DNA of 64,000 nt, from contig CAVWLP010000003.1 in assembly GCA_963755915.1 (NCBI GenBank), positions 1,024,001-1,088,000 of the forward strand. Reading direction: 5' to 3'. Position numbers and translations under genes: made by a program. Source of the DNA: an uncultured Phycisphaerales bacterium. Its GTDB lineage: Bacteria > Planctomycetota > Phycisphaerae > Tepidisphaerales > Tepidisphaeraceae. Below the pieces are notes generated by a model. The model was not told where the DNA came from, did not search any database, and saw only the letters and a list, made by a program, of their open reading frames with translations. Positions within the stretch are counted from its first letter, which is position 1. Every line of letters begins with the position of its first letter. Of this stretch, positions 41,337 to 57,467 are shown piece after piece.

Positions 41337-41607
41337 ATGGACTTCTTTGAATTTTTTCGGTGGGTGCTGGGAACGGTGGTGACGATTTATGCGACGGTGA
41401 CGACGGCGCAGTCGGTATATGGGTGGTGGATTTATTTCGGCGGAGAGGGAAATATATATCACTGGTGCGGCGGTATCTTATGCTGCAGGGGTTGCGGCTG
41501 CGGATCGAACGTTTGGGGGGGATGTGCGGTGTGCATGCTGCTGTGCGGTGGTTTGGGTTTTGTTGTTGCGGGCGCACCACCTGGTGAGTGAGGATCGATC
41601 CTTATAA
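41337..41607 (+). CDS. Small membrane hypothetical protein; frameshifted
   Basis: MDFFEFFRWVLGTVVTIYA.. continuing as YISLVRRYLMLQGLRLR in another frame. Confidence 0.5.
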
Positions 41608-41631
41608 TCACGTGGATGGACGAATCGAATC

Positions 41632-42484
41632 GACAACTCGATGAAGGCGTCGCCGGGGACGGGAGATCGTGGTGACCGGCGCGGCAACGCCGGTCGCGGG
41701 GCAGTCGCCGGACCGGCAGCTTTCGGAGCTGCCGAAGGATGAGCTGGCGAATCTGGCGGAGACGCTGGGGCTGGATGCGACGCGATATAAGACGCAGCAA
41801 TTGCTGGTGAGCGGCAGTGCATGAGCGGCGGCAATTGATCGCGGGGATGGATCGAGCAGTCGATGCTGGATGTGGTGCGATGGGGACGTCGGCCGGTGAC
41901 GACAGATGCGCGGCAAGGAGCAGATTGCGCAGGAGATCGCGCGGATTCGGTCGATGCGGTTCGCGGGATTGTACGCGGCGGGGGCTGGTGGTGCTGGCGC
42001 GGCTGCGGGGGGTGGATGCGTCGCGAGGCGGATTCGGTGCCTGCGGTGGTTCGAAGGCTGAGGAAGCAGGAGGGATTTTTCAGCCGGCTGAATCGAAGGC
42101 GGCGGGCGGTGCTGGGGGGGATGGTGGCGACGATCGTGGGGGAGAATGTTTCCGAATTCGGATTACAAGTTTCTGCCGGACCGGCATGACGGGGGGCGCG
42201 AAGGCGGCGTCGATCAAGGAGGAGATCGAAGAGTCGGGGCTGTTTGGGGGGATCAGCAACAGGCTGAAGAAGAGCGCGGATGTTTTTCTCAACCAGAAGC
42301 TGGATGAGATCGAAGGCGCGGATCGACCGGAAGCTCGATGAGATCGACAGGCGGCTGGCGGAGTGGAGGGATAAGGAGATCGCGAATCGGATCAGGATTC
42401 TGAAGATCACGCTTTGGGCGAGCGTGATCGTGGGGATCATTTCGCTGATTTATGCGTATGTGAAGGTTTATTTGTGCGCAGTAA
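41632..42484 (+). CDS. Hypothetical helical protein with C-terminal TM; frameshifted, ends approximate
   Basis: Fragments ELANLAETLGLD, LDVVRWGRRPV, SIKEEIEESGLFGG, RKLDEIDRRLAEWRDKEIANRIRILKITLWASVIVG. Confidence 0.55.
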
Positions 42485-42488
42485 AAGA

Positions 42489-42520
42489 AAAAGCCCCAGC
42501 ATGGAAATGCTGGGGCTTTC
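42489..42520. terminator. Intrinsic terminator between convergent genes
   Basis: AAAAGCCCCAGCAT-ggaa-ATGCTGGGGCTTT. Confidence 0.8.
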
Positions 42521-42546
42521 ATAAAGGGAAATTTACAACTTCCCGA

Positions 42547-44728
<2,182 letters not shown>

Positions 44729-45000
44729 GTACCATCTCCAATTGTAGATACGGTTGGTTCGACCGTGCGAGCGGGCCGAATGATTGCAAAACGATCAAAA
44801 AATGTCCAGCACGAAAGTAAAAAATGTGGGTTGAAAAATGGCATGTTCACGGAAAGCAGCATGATCTCGAAAGGAGGAAAAATTTGTTTGCTTTTTGCAA
44901 ACGCCGACGCCGGATGTCGAATGGTTGATGTTTTCGCGTAGGTCTTTAGCTCACAAGAAATTGCGCACCCAAACGACCACTACGCCGATACCCAGCAAAG

Positions 45001-45030
45001 AAAAACGCCGCCCTCATGAGGGCGGCGTTG
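45001..45030 (-). terminator. Intrinsic terminator after GSII
   Basis: AAAAACGCCGCCCTCATGAGGGCGGCGTT, giving a T-tail on the minus strand. Confidence 0.8.
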
Positions 45031-45063
45031 GATTGACTGCTTGAACGGATCGATCGACGGCAA

Positions 45064-46125
45064 TCAAACGGCAGCCAAAACCGGGTTGCTGTCCAGCGAT
45101 TTTTTGGATGGAAGCGGTACGGTTTGGATGGTCTGGAGAATCCGGCTGGCGATCTTGTAGGGATCGCCCTGCGAGTTGGGACGACGGTCTTCCAAATAGC
45201 CTTTGTAGCCGTTCTTGGGCATGCTGTTGGGAACGCGGATGGAAGCACCGCGATCGGCAACCCCGTAGTTGAACTTATCGATGGACTGAGTCTCGTGGAG
45301 GCCCGTGAGGCGCAAGTGATTGTCGGGTCCATAGACAGCGATGTGCTCCGCCTTGTATTTGTCGAAGGCGGCCATGAGCGCCTCGAAGTATTCTTTGCCG
45401 CCGACTTCGCGAAGGTATTTGGTGGAGAAGTTGGAGTGCATGCCCGAGCCATTCCAGTCGCTCTTGCCGAGCGGCTTGCAATGGTAATTCACGTCCACAC
45501 CATATCTTTCGCAAAGCCGCTGGAGAAGATAGCGGGCAACCCACATTTCGTCGGCGGCTTTTTTGGAGCCTTTGCCGAAGATCTGGAATTCCCACTGACC
45601 TTTGGCCACTTCGGAGTTGATGCCTTCGTGGTTGATGCCGGCGTCGAGGCAAAGATCGAGATGTTTGTTGACGATCTCGCGGGCGATGGGGCCCATAAGG
45701 CCGTAACCGACGCCGCAGTAATATCTTCCCTGGCCTTCCTTCGGGAAGCCTTCCGAGGGAAAGCCGAGCGGCAGGCCGTCTTTATAGAGGAAGTACTCCT
45801 GCTCAAAGCCGAACCAGGTCTCCGGGTCATCCAGAATGGTGGCGCGGGCGTTGGTGGAATGGGGCGTGAGATCGTGATGGAGAACCTCGCAGAGAACGAT
45901 CACGCCGTTTTTGACGGTGCTGTCGAGATACCTTGCCACGGGTTTGAGAACACAGTCGGAGTTGTGGCCCTCCGCCTGCCGGGTCGAACTGCCGTCAAAA
46001 CCCCAGTTTGGGAGCTGGTCAAGTGACGGGAATGACTCAAAATCTTTGACAAGGGTTTTACCGCGGATGTTGGGGACGGGCTCATAGCCGTCCAGCCAGA
46101 TATACTCGAGTTTATACTTTGCCAT
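45064..46125 (-). CDS. glnII: Glutamine synthetase type II
   Basis: EYIWLDG, WGFDGSST, WFGFEQEY, INSEVAKGQWEFQ, DWNGSGMHSNFS, RLTGLHET, GYLEDRRP; 353 aa. Confidence 0.95.
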   Translation of the reverse strand: MAKYKLEYIWLDGYEPVPNIRGKTLVKDFESFPSLDQLPNWGFDGSSTRQAEGHNSDCVLKPVARYLDSTVKNGVIVLCEVLHHDLTPHSTNARATILDDPETWFGFEQEYFLYKDGLPLGFPSEGFPKEGQGRYYCGVGYGLMGPIAREIVNKHLDLCLDAGINHEGINSEVAKGQWEFQIFGKGSKKAADEMWVARYLLQRLCERYGVDVNYHCKPLGKSDWNGSGMHSNFSTKYLREVGGKEYFEALMAAFDKYKAEHIAVYGPDNHLRLTGLHETQSIDKFNYGVADRGASIRVPNSMPKNGYKGYLEDRRPNSQGDPYKIASRILQTIQTVPLPSKKSLDSNPVLAAV

Positions 46126-46429
46126 GTGCGTCTACATCTCCATTTTTCTGTGCGGTAATTGCGGATCACAAAAAATGATCCGTGGCCCATGGGAGTTATG
46201 TTGCCGGATATTTGGGCAGGAGTCAAAAAAATCTCAGGCTCTCCACAGGCGCCATTTTTCTGACTGAAACCGTCCTGATCATCCGAAATGAGGTAAATAT
46301 CGGACCACCAACATGCGATATGATTAGAAGATGGGCAACTGACTTTAGGCATGATGCTGTTGCCTATAAACTAGGCGACAAGAGGCGGCTTTTTGTGATT
46401 AGACTGCGGCATGTGAGAGTTGGTGCGAA

Positions 46430-48695
46430 GTGAAACCGAAAACAGATTTCATTATTGAGGTACGCCGTAATGCCAAAAGCGCGCCGGATGGCGCTGTCGA
46501 GAAGTTTCTGAGCCGAGTTGGGCCAGACTATCTGGCAGCGTTCGATGCGCGGCATCGCGAGCCAGTTGCTCGCGCTGATGAAGCTCAGCGATGAGAAACC
46601 CGTGCAGCTTATATTTGGCCGCCGCGACGATGGTTCGATCGAATGCTCGGTTCTGGCGTTCGATCATCTGTTTGAGTTCTCAATTATCTGCGGCGTGATG
46701 GCCGGCACGGGCTTCAGCATCACGGACAGCAATGCCTTTACGCTGCCGGCAGTGAGGTCGCCTGGCCTCAAAAGATCGGTGAACAGGCGGCAACTGATCG
46801 AGCGGCCGCGCGATCCGATGAGCGATCCGGTCATTCTTGATCATTTCGTCGGAAAACTGATCGGACCGCTGACGGATTTCCGCGCGTGGGTTAGTGTCTT
46901 CGCGCCGGCGATCGAGGAAACGATTGCGCTGCTGAATCAAGGACGGGAAGAATCAACCAATCGCGCCAAGCGCATCGTGAACGAGCGCGTGACGCAGTGG
47001 CTGAAATCACGGCGGGGTGATGATGAAACGCATTCGCCAATCGTGCGGCTGGAGGCGGATGTCGAGCAATCGCCCGGCGCCACGCGGCTGCGCCTGCAGG
47101 CGCCCGACACACCGGCGTTTTTGTATGCCCTCAGCACGGCACTTTCGCTGCACGGATTGCAGATCGAAAAGACGCGGGCGCGGACGGTGGAGGAGAAGGC
47201 GATCAATGAAATCGACGTGGTTGATGGAGGGGGGAAGCCGCTGGGCGAGGCCGACCAAGTGCGGCAGATTCAGCGGTCGGTGCTGCTGACGCTTCAGTTT
47301 TGTTATTTTTTGGATCGTGCACCGGATCCGTTTTCGGCGTTGCAGAGGTTTGAGGAATTGGCGCGGCAGGTTGTGCAAATACCAGACGCCGGCGGCTGGC
47401 TGGAGCTGCTGGCAAATCCGCTGAGCTTGGCGGACCTGGCGAGGATTTTGGGGGCGAGCGATTTTTTGTGGGAGGATTTCATCCGGTGGAATGCGGATGC
47501 GCTCCTGCCGCTGCTTCAGCGGCGATTGAGGGGGGAGCAGATTTGCCCGCTGATGGGAACGCTGCCGCGGCGGTTGGAAGATTGTCTGGCAGGGGCGAAG
47601 AATTTTGATGAGCAGAGGAAAAGGCTCAATACGTTCAAGGACCATGAACTTTTCCTGATCGATCTGGATCACATTCTGAGCGACCAAAGCCCGGATGTGG
47701 CGTTTCAAATCCTTTCGCAGCGGCTGGTTTTGCTGGCGGAAAACCTTGTCGGCGTGGCGTCGAAGCTGGTGTATGGGGAACTGGTGAGGCTTTATGGCAG
47801 GCCGCGCGATGAGAAGAGACGCGATACCGATTATGCGATTTTTGGACTGGGGAAATTGGGGGGCGTGGCGCTGGGGTATGCTTCGGATATCGAGCTGCTG
47901 TTTTTATACGGGGAAGATGGGGACACCGCCGGCGGGAGCCGGGGGTCGCTGAAGAATGGGGAATTCTTTGCCATCCTGGCGAAGGAAACGTGCGACTACA
48001 TTCAGGCGAAGCGCGAGGGGATATTCGAGGTCGACCTGCGTTTGCGGCCGTATGGAAAGAACGGTCCGCTGGCAAGCAGCGGGGGCGATTTCGCGCAATA
48101 TTATGGTGGAAAGGGGGACGCGCATCCGTTTGAACGATTGGCGCTGGGGCGGCTGCGATGGATCGCGGGGGATCCGGGGTTGGGATTTGAGATTGAGCGG
48201 GTGCGCGATGAGATTCTGTATGAGGGACGGCCGCTGGATTTGGGGGCGATCCGGGAAATTTCGGAGAAGATGCGGCGGCAGCATTGTCCGCCGGGGCAAA
48301 AGAATTCCAAGCACAGCGATGGGGCGCTGGCGGATTTGGAGGAGATGGTGCAGTTGCTCCAGGTGGCCAATGCGCGGGCGGCGCCGCAATTACGGACGCC
48401 TAGGCTGATCGACGCGATGGATGCGCTGCACCGGGCGGGGATTTTTTCGGCGCGGGAATTTGAGCGGGTGATGTGTGCTTACCAATTTTTCCGGCGGTTG
48501 ATCAATGCGCAGCGGATGCTGCGGGGGTCGGCGAAGGATTTGGTTCTGCCGGCGGAGGGGGCGGATGAGCTGGTGCACCTGGGGCGGAGAATGCAGTTTA
48601 GATCGGACGATCCAGGGGGGGAGTTGCTGCGGGAATTCGGCGAGCATACCGAGGCAGTCCGGAGGCTGATGAAGAAGCGGTTTGGGGGGAAATGA
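46430..48695 (+). CDS. glnE: GlnE-like glutamine synthetase adenylyltransferase with two N-terminal ACT-like domains and one NT domain; frameshift near 46550
   Basis: GLGKLGGVALGYASDIEL, VDLRLRPYGKNGPLA, FERLAL, GALADLE; ACT-like AFDHLFEFSIICG and APDTPAFLYALSTALSLHGLQI. Confidence 0.82.
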
Positions 48696-48699
48696 AAAA

Positions 48700-48723
48700 C
48701 CGCCGGTGGGGACACCGGCGGCA
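48700..48723. repeat. REP family C hairpin, copy 2
   Basis: Identical to 17191-17214; lies between convergent genes. Confidence 0.75.
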
Positions 48724-48750
48724 TTAGCGAATGAATATTTGCTGCTCGAA

Positions 48751-50184
<1,434 letters not shown>

Positions 50185-50493
50185 TCGTGACCTACTTTCC
50201 GCGATGGATGCGATTTGGTTGATCGTGCATCTAAGCGAAAATTCGATGCAGAGTCAATTTGATCTTGCGTTAAAAACAGGTTTGCGCAAAGCAATCAAAT
50301 CTGCCGGTGATCGCCGGCGAAGACACTCACCCCAGCACTGTTCCGGCGCCGGGATACGGGGAGAGGGCGGAAAGAGGGCACAGACGATTGCCGCACCCGT
50401 TGGCCCGCGATGGTTTTGACGGTGGGAATCGAGGCCGCTAGCATACGCCGCTCACCAAACGGTCCCGCAGTCAAAACCTGAGGAGAAATACTA

Positions 50494-51906
50494 ATGTCGC
50501 CTTCCGATGTTCTGAAGCTCTGCAAAGAAAACAAGGTGGAGTTCGTCGATCTGCGTTTCATGGATTTTCCGGGACTGTGGCAACATACGACGTGTCCAGT
50601 CAACGAGTTAACGCTCGAAAACTTCGGGCATGGATTTGGATTTGACGGCAGCAGTATCCGCGGCTGGCAGGCCATCAACGAATCCGACATGCTGCTGGTG
50701 CCTGTTGCCAGTACGGCAAAAATCGACCCGTTTCTGACGCACCCCACCTTGTCGATCATCTGTGACGTGCGCGATCCGATCACCAAGAAAGAGTACTCGC
50801 GGGACCCGCGCTCGATCGCCCGGAAGACGGGTGAGTATCTGAAGAAAACGAAAATCGCCGACACGGCTTATTTCGGGCCGGAGCTGGAATTCTTCGTGTT
50901 CGATACTGCGTTCTACGATCAGGGGATCAATTTCGGAAAATACTTCGTGGGAAGCCGGGAGGGGATCTGGACGCGCGGCGAGGAGGACCCGACCAATCTC
51001 GGGTACAAGATGCGCTTGAAGGAGGGTTATTTCCCGACGCCGCCGATGGACACCATGCAGAACGTCCGCAGCGAGATGGTGGCGACGCTGATCGACCTGG
51101 GAATCCCCGTAGAGGCGCATCATCACGAGGTTGCCACGGGCGGTCAGTGCGAAATCGACATGCGCTACCAGGATCTGGTGACGATGTCGGACAACGTGAT
51201 GATGTACAAATATGTCTGCAAGAACGTGGCGGCGAGGCATGGGAAAGTGGTGACGTTCATGCCAAAGCCGTTGTTTCAGGACAATGGCTCGGGGATGCAC
51301 GTCCATTTCAGCCTGTGGAAGGGGAACAAGCCGCTGTTCGCGGGGAATAAATATGCGGGGCTGAGCACGATGGGGTTGCACGCCATCGGGGGAATTCTGA
51401 AGCACGCGAAAGCTTTGTGTGCGCTTTGCAATCCTACGACCAACAGCTACAAGCGGCTGGTGCCGGGATATGAAGCGCCGGTGAACCTGGTTTACAGCAG
51501 CCGGAACCGGTCGGCGGCGATTCGGATTCCGATGTACAGCGAAAATCCCAAGACCAAGCGGATCGAATTCCGCTGCCCGGACAGTTCGTGCAATCCGTAT
51601 CTGGCATTCAGCGCGATAACAATGGCGGCGATCGATGGGATTGAGAATGAACTCGATCCGGGTGAGCCGCTGGATAAGAATATGTATCACCTGACTGAGG
51701 AGGAGTACGAAAAGATTTCCTCGGCACCGGGATCGCTGGAGGAGGCGCTGCTGGCGTTAGAGGAGGATCATGAGTTTCTGCTGAAAGGGGATGTTTTTAC
51801 CGCAGACGTTGTGCATTACTGGGTGAAATATAAGCGGGAGAATGAGGTGGATGCGATTCGGCAGAGGCCGCATCCGTATGAGTTTTGCATGTATTTCGAT
51901 ATATAA
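50494..51906 (+). CDS. glnA: Glutamine synthetase type I (beta), copy 2
   Basis: Same motif set; GAGGAG RBS; adenylylation loop NMYHL. Confidence 0.96.
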   Translation: MSPSDVLKLCKENKVEFVDLRFMDFPGLWQHTTCPVNELTLENFGHGFGFDGSSIRGWQAINESDMLLVPVASTAKIDPFLTHPTLSIICDVRDPITKKEYSRDPRSIARKTGEYLKKTKIADTAYFGPELEFFVFDTAFYDQGINFGKYFVGSREGIWTRGEEDPTNLGYKMRLKEGYFPTPPMDTMQNVRSEMVATLIDLGIPVEAHHHEVATGGQCEIDMRYQDLVTMSDNVMMYKYVCKNVAARHGKVVTFMPKPLFQDNGSGMHVHFSLWKGNKPLFAGNKYAGLSTMGLHAIGGILKHAKALCALCNPTTNSYKRLVPGYEAPVNLVYSSRNRSAAIRIPMYSENPKTKRIEFRCPDSSCNPYLAFSAITMAAIDGIENELDPGEPLDKNMYHLTEEEYEKISSAPGSLEEALLALEEDHEFLLKGDVFTADVVHYWVKYKRENEVDAIRQRPHPYEFCMYFDI

Positions 51907-51924
51907 TCGGCGTTGGAGACGTTC

Positions 51925-52589
51925 ATGACGGTTGCCGCAATTCGCCAGCCTCTGATTGATGTTGAAGAGCAGCCCCAATTTATGGAGCTGGACAACATCA
52001 GTTGGGATCTTTACATGCGGCTGCATCGCGCCATCGACGCGAGCGCACGGTATTTTCGGATCACCTACGATGAAGGAAGGATGGTGCTGACGTCGCCGAT
52101 CGGCCGAACACACGAAAGAGTGAAGACACTGGTAAGGCACTTATTGAGAACCTAACGCTCGAATTGGATATTCCTATCGAAGGGCTGGGAGCGCTCACAC
52201 AAAAGCGGAAAAGCTTGCGAAAGGGCCTTGAGCCGGATGAATGCTATTACATCCAGCACTGTGCCGAAGCGGTGCGGCAGAGGAAATCGGAAGTGCGGAA
52301 GGATCTGCCGCCTGATCTGGCGATTGAAATTGACGTGACTCATTATCCGATAGATCGAGAGGCAATTTATGCCGCGCTTGGGGTCGGCGAGTTATGGCGA
52401 TATAGGAAGAATCGGGTCGAGTTTTTTAAGTTGTCGGCAAAAAAGCGGTATGAGAAGATTTCTACCAGCCGGGCGCTGCCGATCAGTGCAGAGGACGTGA
52501 ACCGATTTGTGGCGATGCTCGATTCAACGCTCGATCAGACCGCAATCATCAGAGCGTTTCGGGATTGGGTGCGATCGAACCAGAAATGA
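51925..52589 (+). CDS. Uma2 family (DUF820) endonuclease-like protein; frameshift near 52155
   Basis: ISWDLY, RITYDEG, SP..HE, LEPDECYY, PDLAIEID, YAALGVGELWRY. Confidence 0.85.
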
Positions 52590-52620
52590 TGCCGCCCAAA
52601 TCCGCCAAATTTGATTGCCC

Positions 52621-53466
52621 GTGATTTTCCCCGCGCTTATTCCATATCCGCAGATCGACCCCGTGATGGTGCACATCGGGCCGATCAAAATCCGCTGGTA
52701 TGGGATGGCCTATCTGACGGGGTTCGTGCTGGCGTACCTGGTTCTGGGCAGGCTGATCAAAAACGGCGTGCTGAGAATTTCGAAGGATGCGATGAGCGAT
52801 CTCGTCGGCTGGCTGGCGCTGGGCGTCGTCGCGGGCGGGAGAACGGGGTGGTGGCTTTTTTATCACAAGCCCGATCCGATGGTCGTTGAGCCATGGTGGG
52901 AGCCGGTCGCGATCTGGCACGGCGGGATGTCGTTTCACGGCGGGCTCTGCGGCGTGCTGCTGGTTCTTTATATCTGGTCGAGAACTCATCGAGCGCCGCT
53001 GCTTAACATCGCGGATTGCCTGGCCCTGGTGACGCCCATCGGGCTTTGCCTGGGACGGCTCGCGAATTTTATTAATGGGGAGCTGGTCGGGCGGGAAACC
53101 AATGTTCCCTGGGCGATGATTTTTCCGGGCTACACGACGCCGCGGCATCCTTCGCAGATTTATGAGTCGTTTCTGGAAGGGCCGGTGCTTATGGCCGTTC
53201 TGTGGACGATCAAGGCGGTGAAGAAAAACCGCATCGACGGCCAGATCGCGGCAGCGTTTGTCATCTTTTATGCGATCTTCCGCTTCCTGGTCGAGTTTAC
53301 CCGCGAGCCGGATTCGCAGCTTGGGTTCATCGCCTTCGGGTGGCTGACGATGGGGCAACTGCTGAGCTTTGCGATCGGGGTGGCGGGGGTGGTGTGGTGG
53401 GTTATGCTGAGCAGGGCGAAATCATCTGAGCCGCCAGCGCTAACGCGGGTTAAAAATATAAAATAG
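52621..53466 (+). CDS. lgt: Prolipoprotein diacylglyceryl transferase
   Basis: RWYG, GGMSFHGG, GRLANFINGELVGR, HPSQIYE, RFLVEFTREPD, TMGQLLS. Confidence 0.95.
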   Translation: MIFPALIPYPQIDPVMVHIGPIKIRWYGMAYLTGFVLAYLVLGRLIKNGVLRISKDAMSDLVGWLALGVVAGGRTGWWLFYHKPDPMVVEPWWEPVAIWHGGMSFHGGLCGVLLVLYIWSRTHRAPLLNIADCLALVTPIGLCLGRLANFINGELVGRETNVPWAMIFPGYTTPRHPSQIYESFLEGPVLMAVLWTIKAVKKNRIDGQIAAAFVIFYAIFRFLVEFTREPDSQLGFIAFGWLTMGQLLSFAIGVAGVVWWVMLSRAKSSEPPALTRVKNIK

Positions 53467-53660
53467 CGTCTGCGGCCCGGATACGGGGGATTCGGCGAGA
53501 TGAACTTCTCGTTTGGGGAATCGATTGTCGCAAATCAGGAATCGACCAATCGCGCCGGCGGGTCATTTTTTTCTTTATCTACGAGCGTAGCGTCTGTTAG
53601 CATGCGTGCTCGAAAAAGGGCAGGCGGCTCAATTCTCTCATTTTCAGCGGTGGAGGAATA

Positions 53661-56600
53661 GTGCGGATACTGAACTGCGAGGTGAATCCCCCCTCAAGGC
53701 GGGCACGCAGAATTTTGGGAATCGCGGTCTGCGCCGCGGTGGGCGGGTGGGCGATGGTGGGCCGGGCTGACACGACGGCCACGTGGGTTTCGGAGACGAG
53801 CGGGGATTGGGCCAATGCAGCGCTCTGGTCGACGTCGCCGAATTATCCGGATAATGGTTCACCGGCGGGAGTGAACTACCAGGCACTCCTCAATGCGACC
53901 GGAGGCACCAGCTACACCACAACCATTGATTCAGACGTCACTGTAGATGGAATCACAATCGATTCGGCCGATGCGACTGTGGACCAAACATCAGGCACGG
54001 TGCAGGCCGGGACGATTGCGGTAAGCAATGGGAACTATCAGATGGATGGGGGGACGCTGGCCAATACATCGCTCAACATCTCCGGAGGGTCGATCGCCAT
54101 TTCCAATGGAACGCTTAACAATGTTGTAGTATCGAGTGGCACGCTTTCGGTAGGCGATCTTAGCGCCAGAACCCTGCAACCTTGACCGTTGAGAATGGCT
54201 TGTTCACGACGGGCAGCGCCGCGCTCATGCTGGCCCCGCCACCCGGTGGCCTGACGATGGTTTTCGATGGCCCCAGCCAGACGGAAAATTCGCTGAACCT
54301 GGCGGGACTAACAAATTGGGGCAACGGCACTACGATCCAAATCAGCGGGGCAAGTTCTTCGGGGCCGACCACGCTGACGCTGGGCGAACAAGCGTCGCTG
54401 AGCGGTTGGCTGACGATCACAGACGGAGCGCAGCCGGGCGATACCCTCATCAACAACGGGACCATCGACAGCAACTACTCTTTGGAAATCGACGTGACCA
54501 ATTTTACGAACAACGGCCTTGCCGAAGCCAACGGCGGAGTGCTTTACATAAAATCCCCGCACTGGACCAACACAGGGCAGTTTTCCGCATCAAACGGCGG
54601 CGCTTTGGAGCTCGGCGGCGCGTTTTCCTCCGCACAGTTGGCGAATATCTCGCTTGATGCAACCAGCTCGCTCGAAATCTCCGGTACGATGGATAACACC
54701 AACAGCACCCTCGCTATGCCCAGCGCCGGATCGTTTGTCCTGCAAGGGGGAACTATCATTGGCGGCACTCTCGATGCAACCGCCAGCGCTCCCACTGTTG
54801 CCGCGGGCATACTCGATAACGTCCACATCGCCAACGGCGACCTGAATGTGATCAATCATCTATATGACTATCGGGGGTCCGTTTCCGAAACGATCGTTCA
54901 GGGCAATTTGACGCTCGATTTCGGCTATCAGGTCAATATGACCTCGGATGATTCCTACGGCGCGGTCAATGTGATTGAATTCGACGGCGCCACCCGCACC
55001 GTCGACAACCTCACGATCCAGGCGACGCCGAGCATGGGTAACAGCAATCCGGCCCTCGGCGAAATTGCCGCCGGTGGTCCGGACACGACCGGTCCGGCTA
55101 CGCTCACCCTCGGAACCAATTTCCTGATGCACGGACTTTTTGGCGTCATTGACGGCACAACCCTGGGATGCACGGTGATAAACAATGGCACTATTTCTTC
55201 GGACGATAACACGACGCCTTACTTCAATACCGGAGTATCGTCACTCATCAGCGTTGACAATTTTACCAACGACGCCACTGCACAGGCGATCAATGGGGCG
55301 ACCCTTACCATCGATTCGCCGAGCTGGACTAACGCCGGAACCCTCAAAGCCGCCAACGGGGGACTGCTGATATTAAGCGGGGTATTCACAAATACCGGGG
55401 CGATCTCGGCCGACTCGACCAGCTCTGTGCGAATCAACGGAACCTTCGATAACGCCAGTAGTACGTTTGTCGTTCCAGGTGTCGGGAACTATAGCTTGAA
55501 CGGCGGAACTGTCATTGGCGGAACGATCGACGAAAGCTCGGGCAACCTGTTGAAAGTAGAAGGATTCTCAGTCTTAAACGGGGTTGACGTTTCAAACGGT
55601 GATTTGGACGTTAATGGAACCCTCACCGTCGAAAATTACATGGCCCTGGACGCGGGACGCACGCTCGACCTGGAAGCGGGCGCAAGCTTTTCAATTTCGG
55701 GCTTGAATGAATACTGGACTTCCACCGTCGCGCTCGATGTGCCGGCTTTTACGGTTGACGGTTTTAACATCAATGGTAAATCGAACTTTGAAGAGCAGGT
55801 CAATACCCTCTACGTCGGCGGCCCCGATTCCGGTCCGACACCAACCCTGACGATCGGCTCCAGCGCGGTGGTCGTCGGAGCTATCGCGTTAAATAATGGG
55901 TTGGTCCCGGACGACAACGACCCCTTCCAGCCCTACGGAACCCCTCTGCCGGCGACGGTCATTAACAACGGCACGATGAACGCCGATCTGAACTTTGTCG
56001 GCATGACGATTAGCGTTTCGAATTTCTTTAACAATAGCACCCTAAAGGCAACCAACGGCGCAAACCTGCTGATCGCTTCGCCGAATTTCGTTAATGACGG
56101 CACGGCGCAGGGAAACGCCGGCATCCTCACAATCAATTCCCAAAACCTGACCAACGCCGGAACCATTGCCGCATTGAACGGGGGTACGGTTGTCATCAAC
56201 AGCAATCTAACAATCGCCGCCCTCGGCAATTGGACGGTCGATGCCACTTCGACTTTCCAATTCGGGGGAACAATTAATAATGCCAATTCGACTCTGGTGC
56301 TTCCGGCCACGGGAACAATCGAGCTGACGGGAGCCATCGTCGGCGGCACCGTCGACGAGACGTCGGGAAACACACTCTACACCGGCGGCACCGTCACTTT
56401 GGATGGTGTCCACATCGCAGGCGGCAATCTCAACGAAGGAGCAACCCCTCTCGTTTCCTCTTCCCTTATCCACCGTTCAGCCTCACCCGATGGGGGGATC
56501 ATAACGATCGGCGAGTCGTACTCTGATAATACCATTAACGTCGACAACGGGTTGATCGTCGACCCTGGGTTTCAGTTGATTTTGGCACAGAACTCGAACT

Positions 56601-57351
56601 CTCCAAGCCTTGTCTTTGACGGGCCAAGCCAAACTCTGAATCAAATAACCATTCTGGGAACCGACGTAGTTCAAAATTACGACGCCTTCAACTTCGTGAA
56701 CGGGGTTCAGATTGGAGGAGCAAATACCACTTCTTCACCGACCCTTACACTGGGACCCAATTCAGACATGCACGGCGCTAGACATCGAAAACGGCTCGAA
56801 CGCGACCCAGGAATTCAGCTCCGAACTGATCAACAACGGCACCATCAGCGCCGATCTCAGCGGCGCCACCCTGGAAATTGGCGTGACCTATTTCCTGAAC
56901 AATGGCACGCTCAAAGCGATCAACGGTGCAACGCTGCAAATCACCTCCCCGAATTTCGATAACGAGGGCACGTTGTCCATCGATGGAGGCACGCTTTCAC
57001 TCGCACAGGATAAAACAGTTTTCAACCCCGGCACACCGGGAACATTCGACGTGGGCAACGGAACGCTCTCGGGGTCAGGAACCATCGACGGCAACGTGGT
57101 CCTCCAATCCGATCCATCAACCCTCGCGTTCGATTTGCGATCCGAAGGCGACTTCGACAGCCTTGCGATCGACGGAAATCTCACCCTTGCCGGAAACCTG
57201 GAAATTTCGCTCGCCAATGGTTTTGATCCACCAGGCAGCGATGTTTTCACGGTCCTCACGGTCAACAGCCAGGACACCATGTCTGGCAGTTTTGATGACG
57301 TGGCCGATGGCGGCAGGCTTTTGACGGCTGACGGACTTGGCTCTTTCCTTG
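53661..57351 (+). pseudogene. Large beta-strand-repeat PEP-CTERM surface protein, 5' part, interrupted by IS21; also frameshifts near 54170 and 56780
   Basis: Signal peptide; G/N/T/S-rich repeated modules (FDGPSQT..TLTLG..INNGT); frame reads ..DGLGSFL up to the IS left end. Confidence 0.8.
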
Positions 57352-57467
57352 TGTCATGGGCGCGCAAAACCGGCCAATTGAGGGCGCGCCAAAACCGGCC
57401 ATTTTGAGGCACAGGAGATTGGGTTATCGACCTTGGCTTTCGGCGGTTGCCGCAAGCCAATGGTGGG

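Noticed and set aside
50185-50493. Glutamine (glnA-motif) riboswitch or sigma-54/NtrC sites between the glnA genes
   Set aside because: Only a short CGGAAAGTAGG resemblance and a TGCATC..GATGCA inverted repeat; I could not build the three-way junction or a GG-N10-GC promoter by eye
51925-52589. Uma2 gene as part of the nitrogen cluster or a defence system
   Set aside because: Uma2/DUF820 genes are commonly dispersed and multicopy; no functional link is visible
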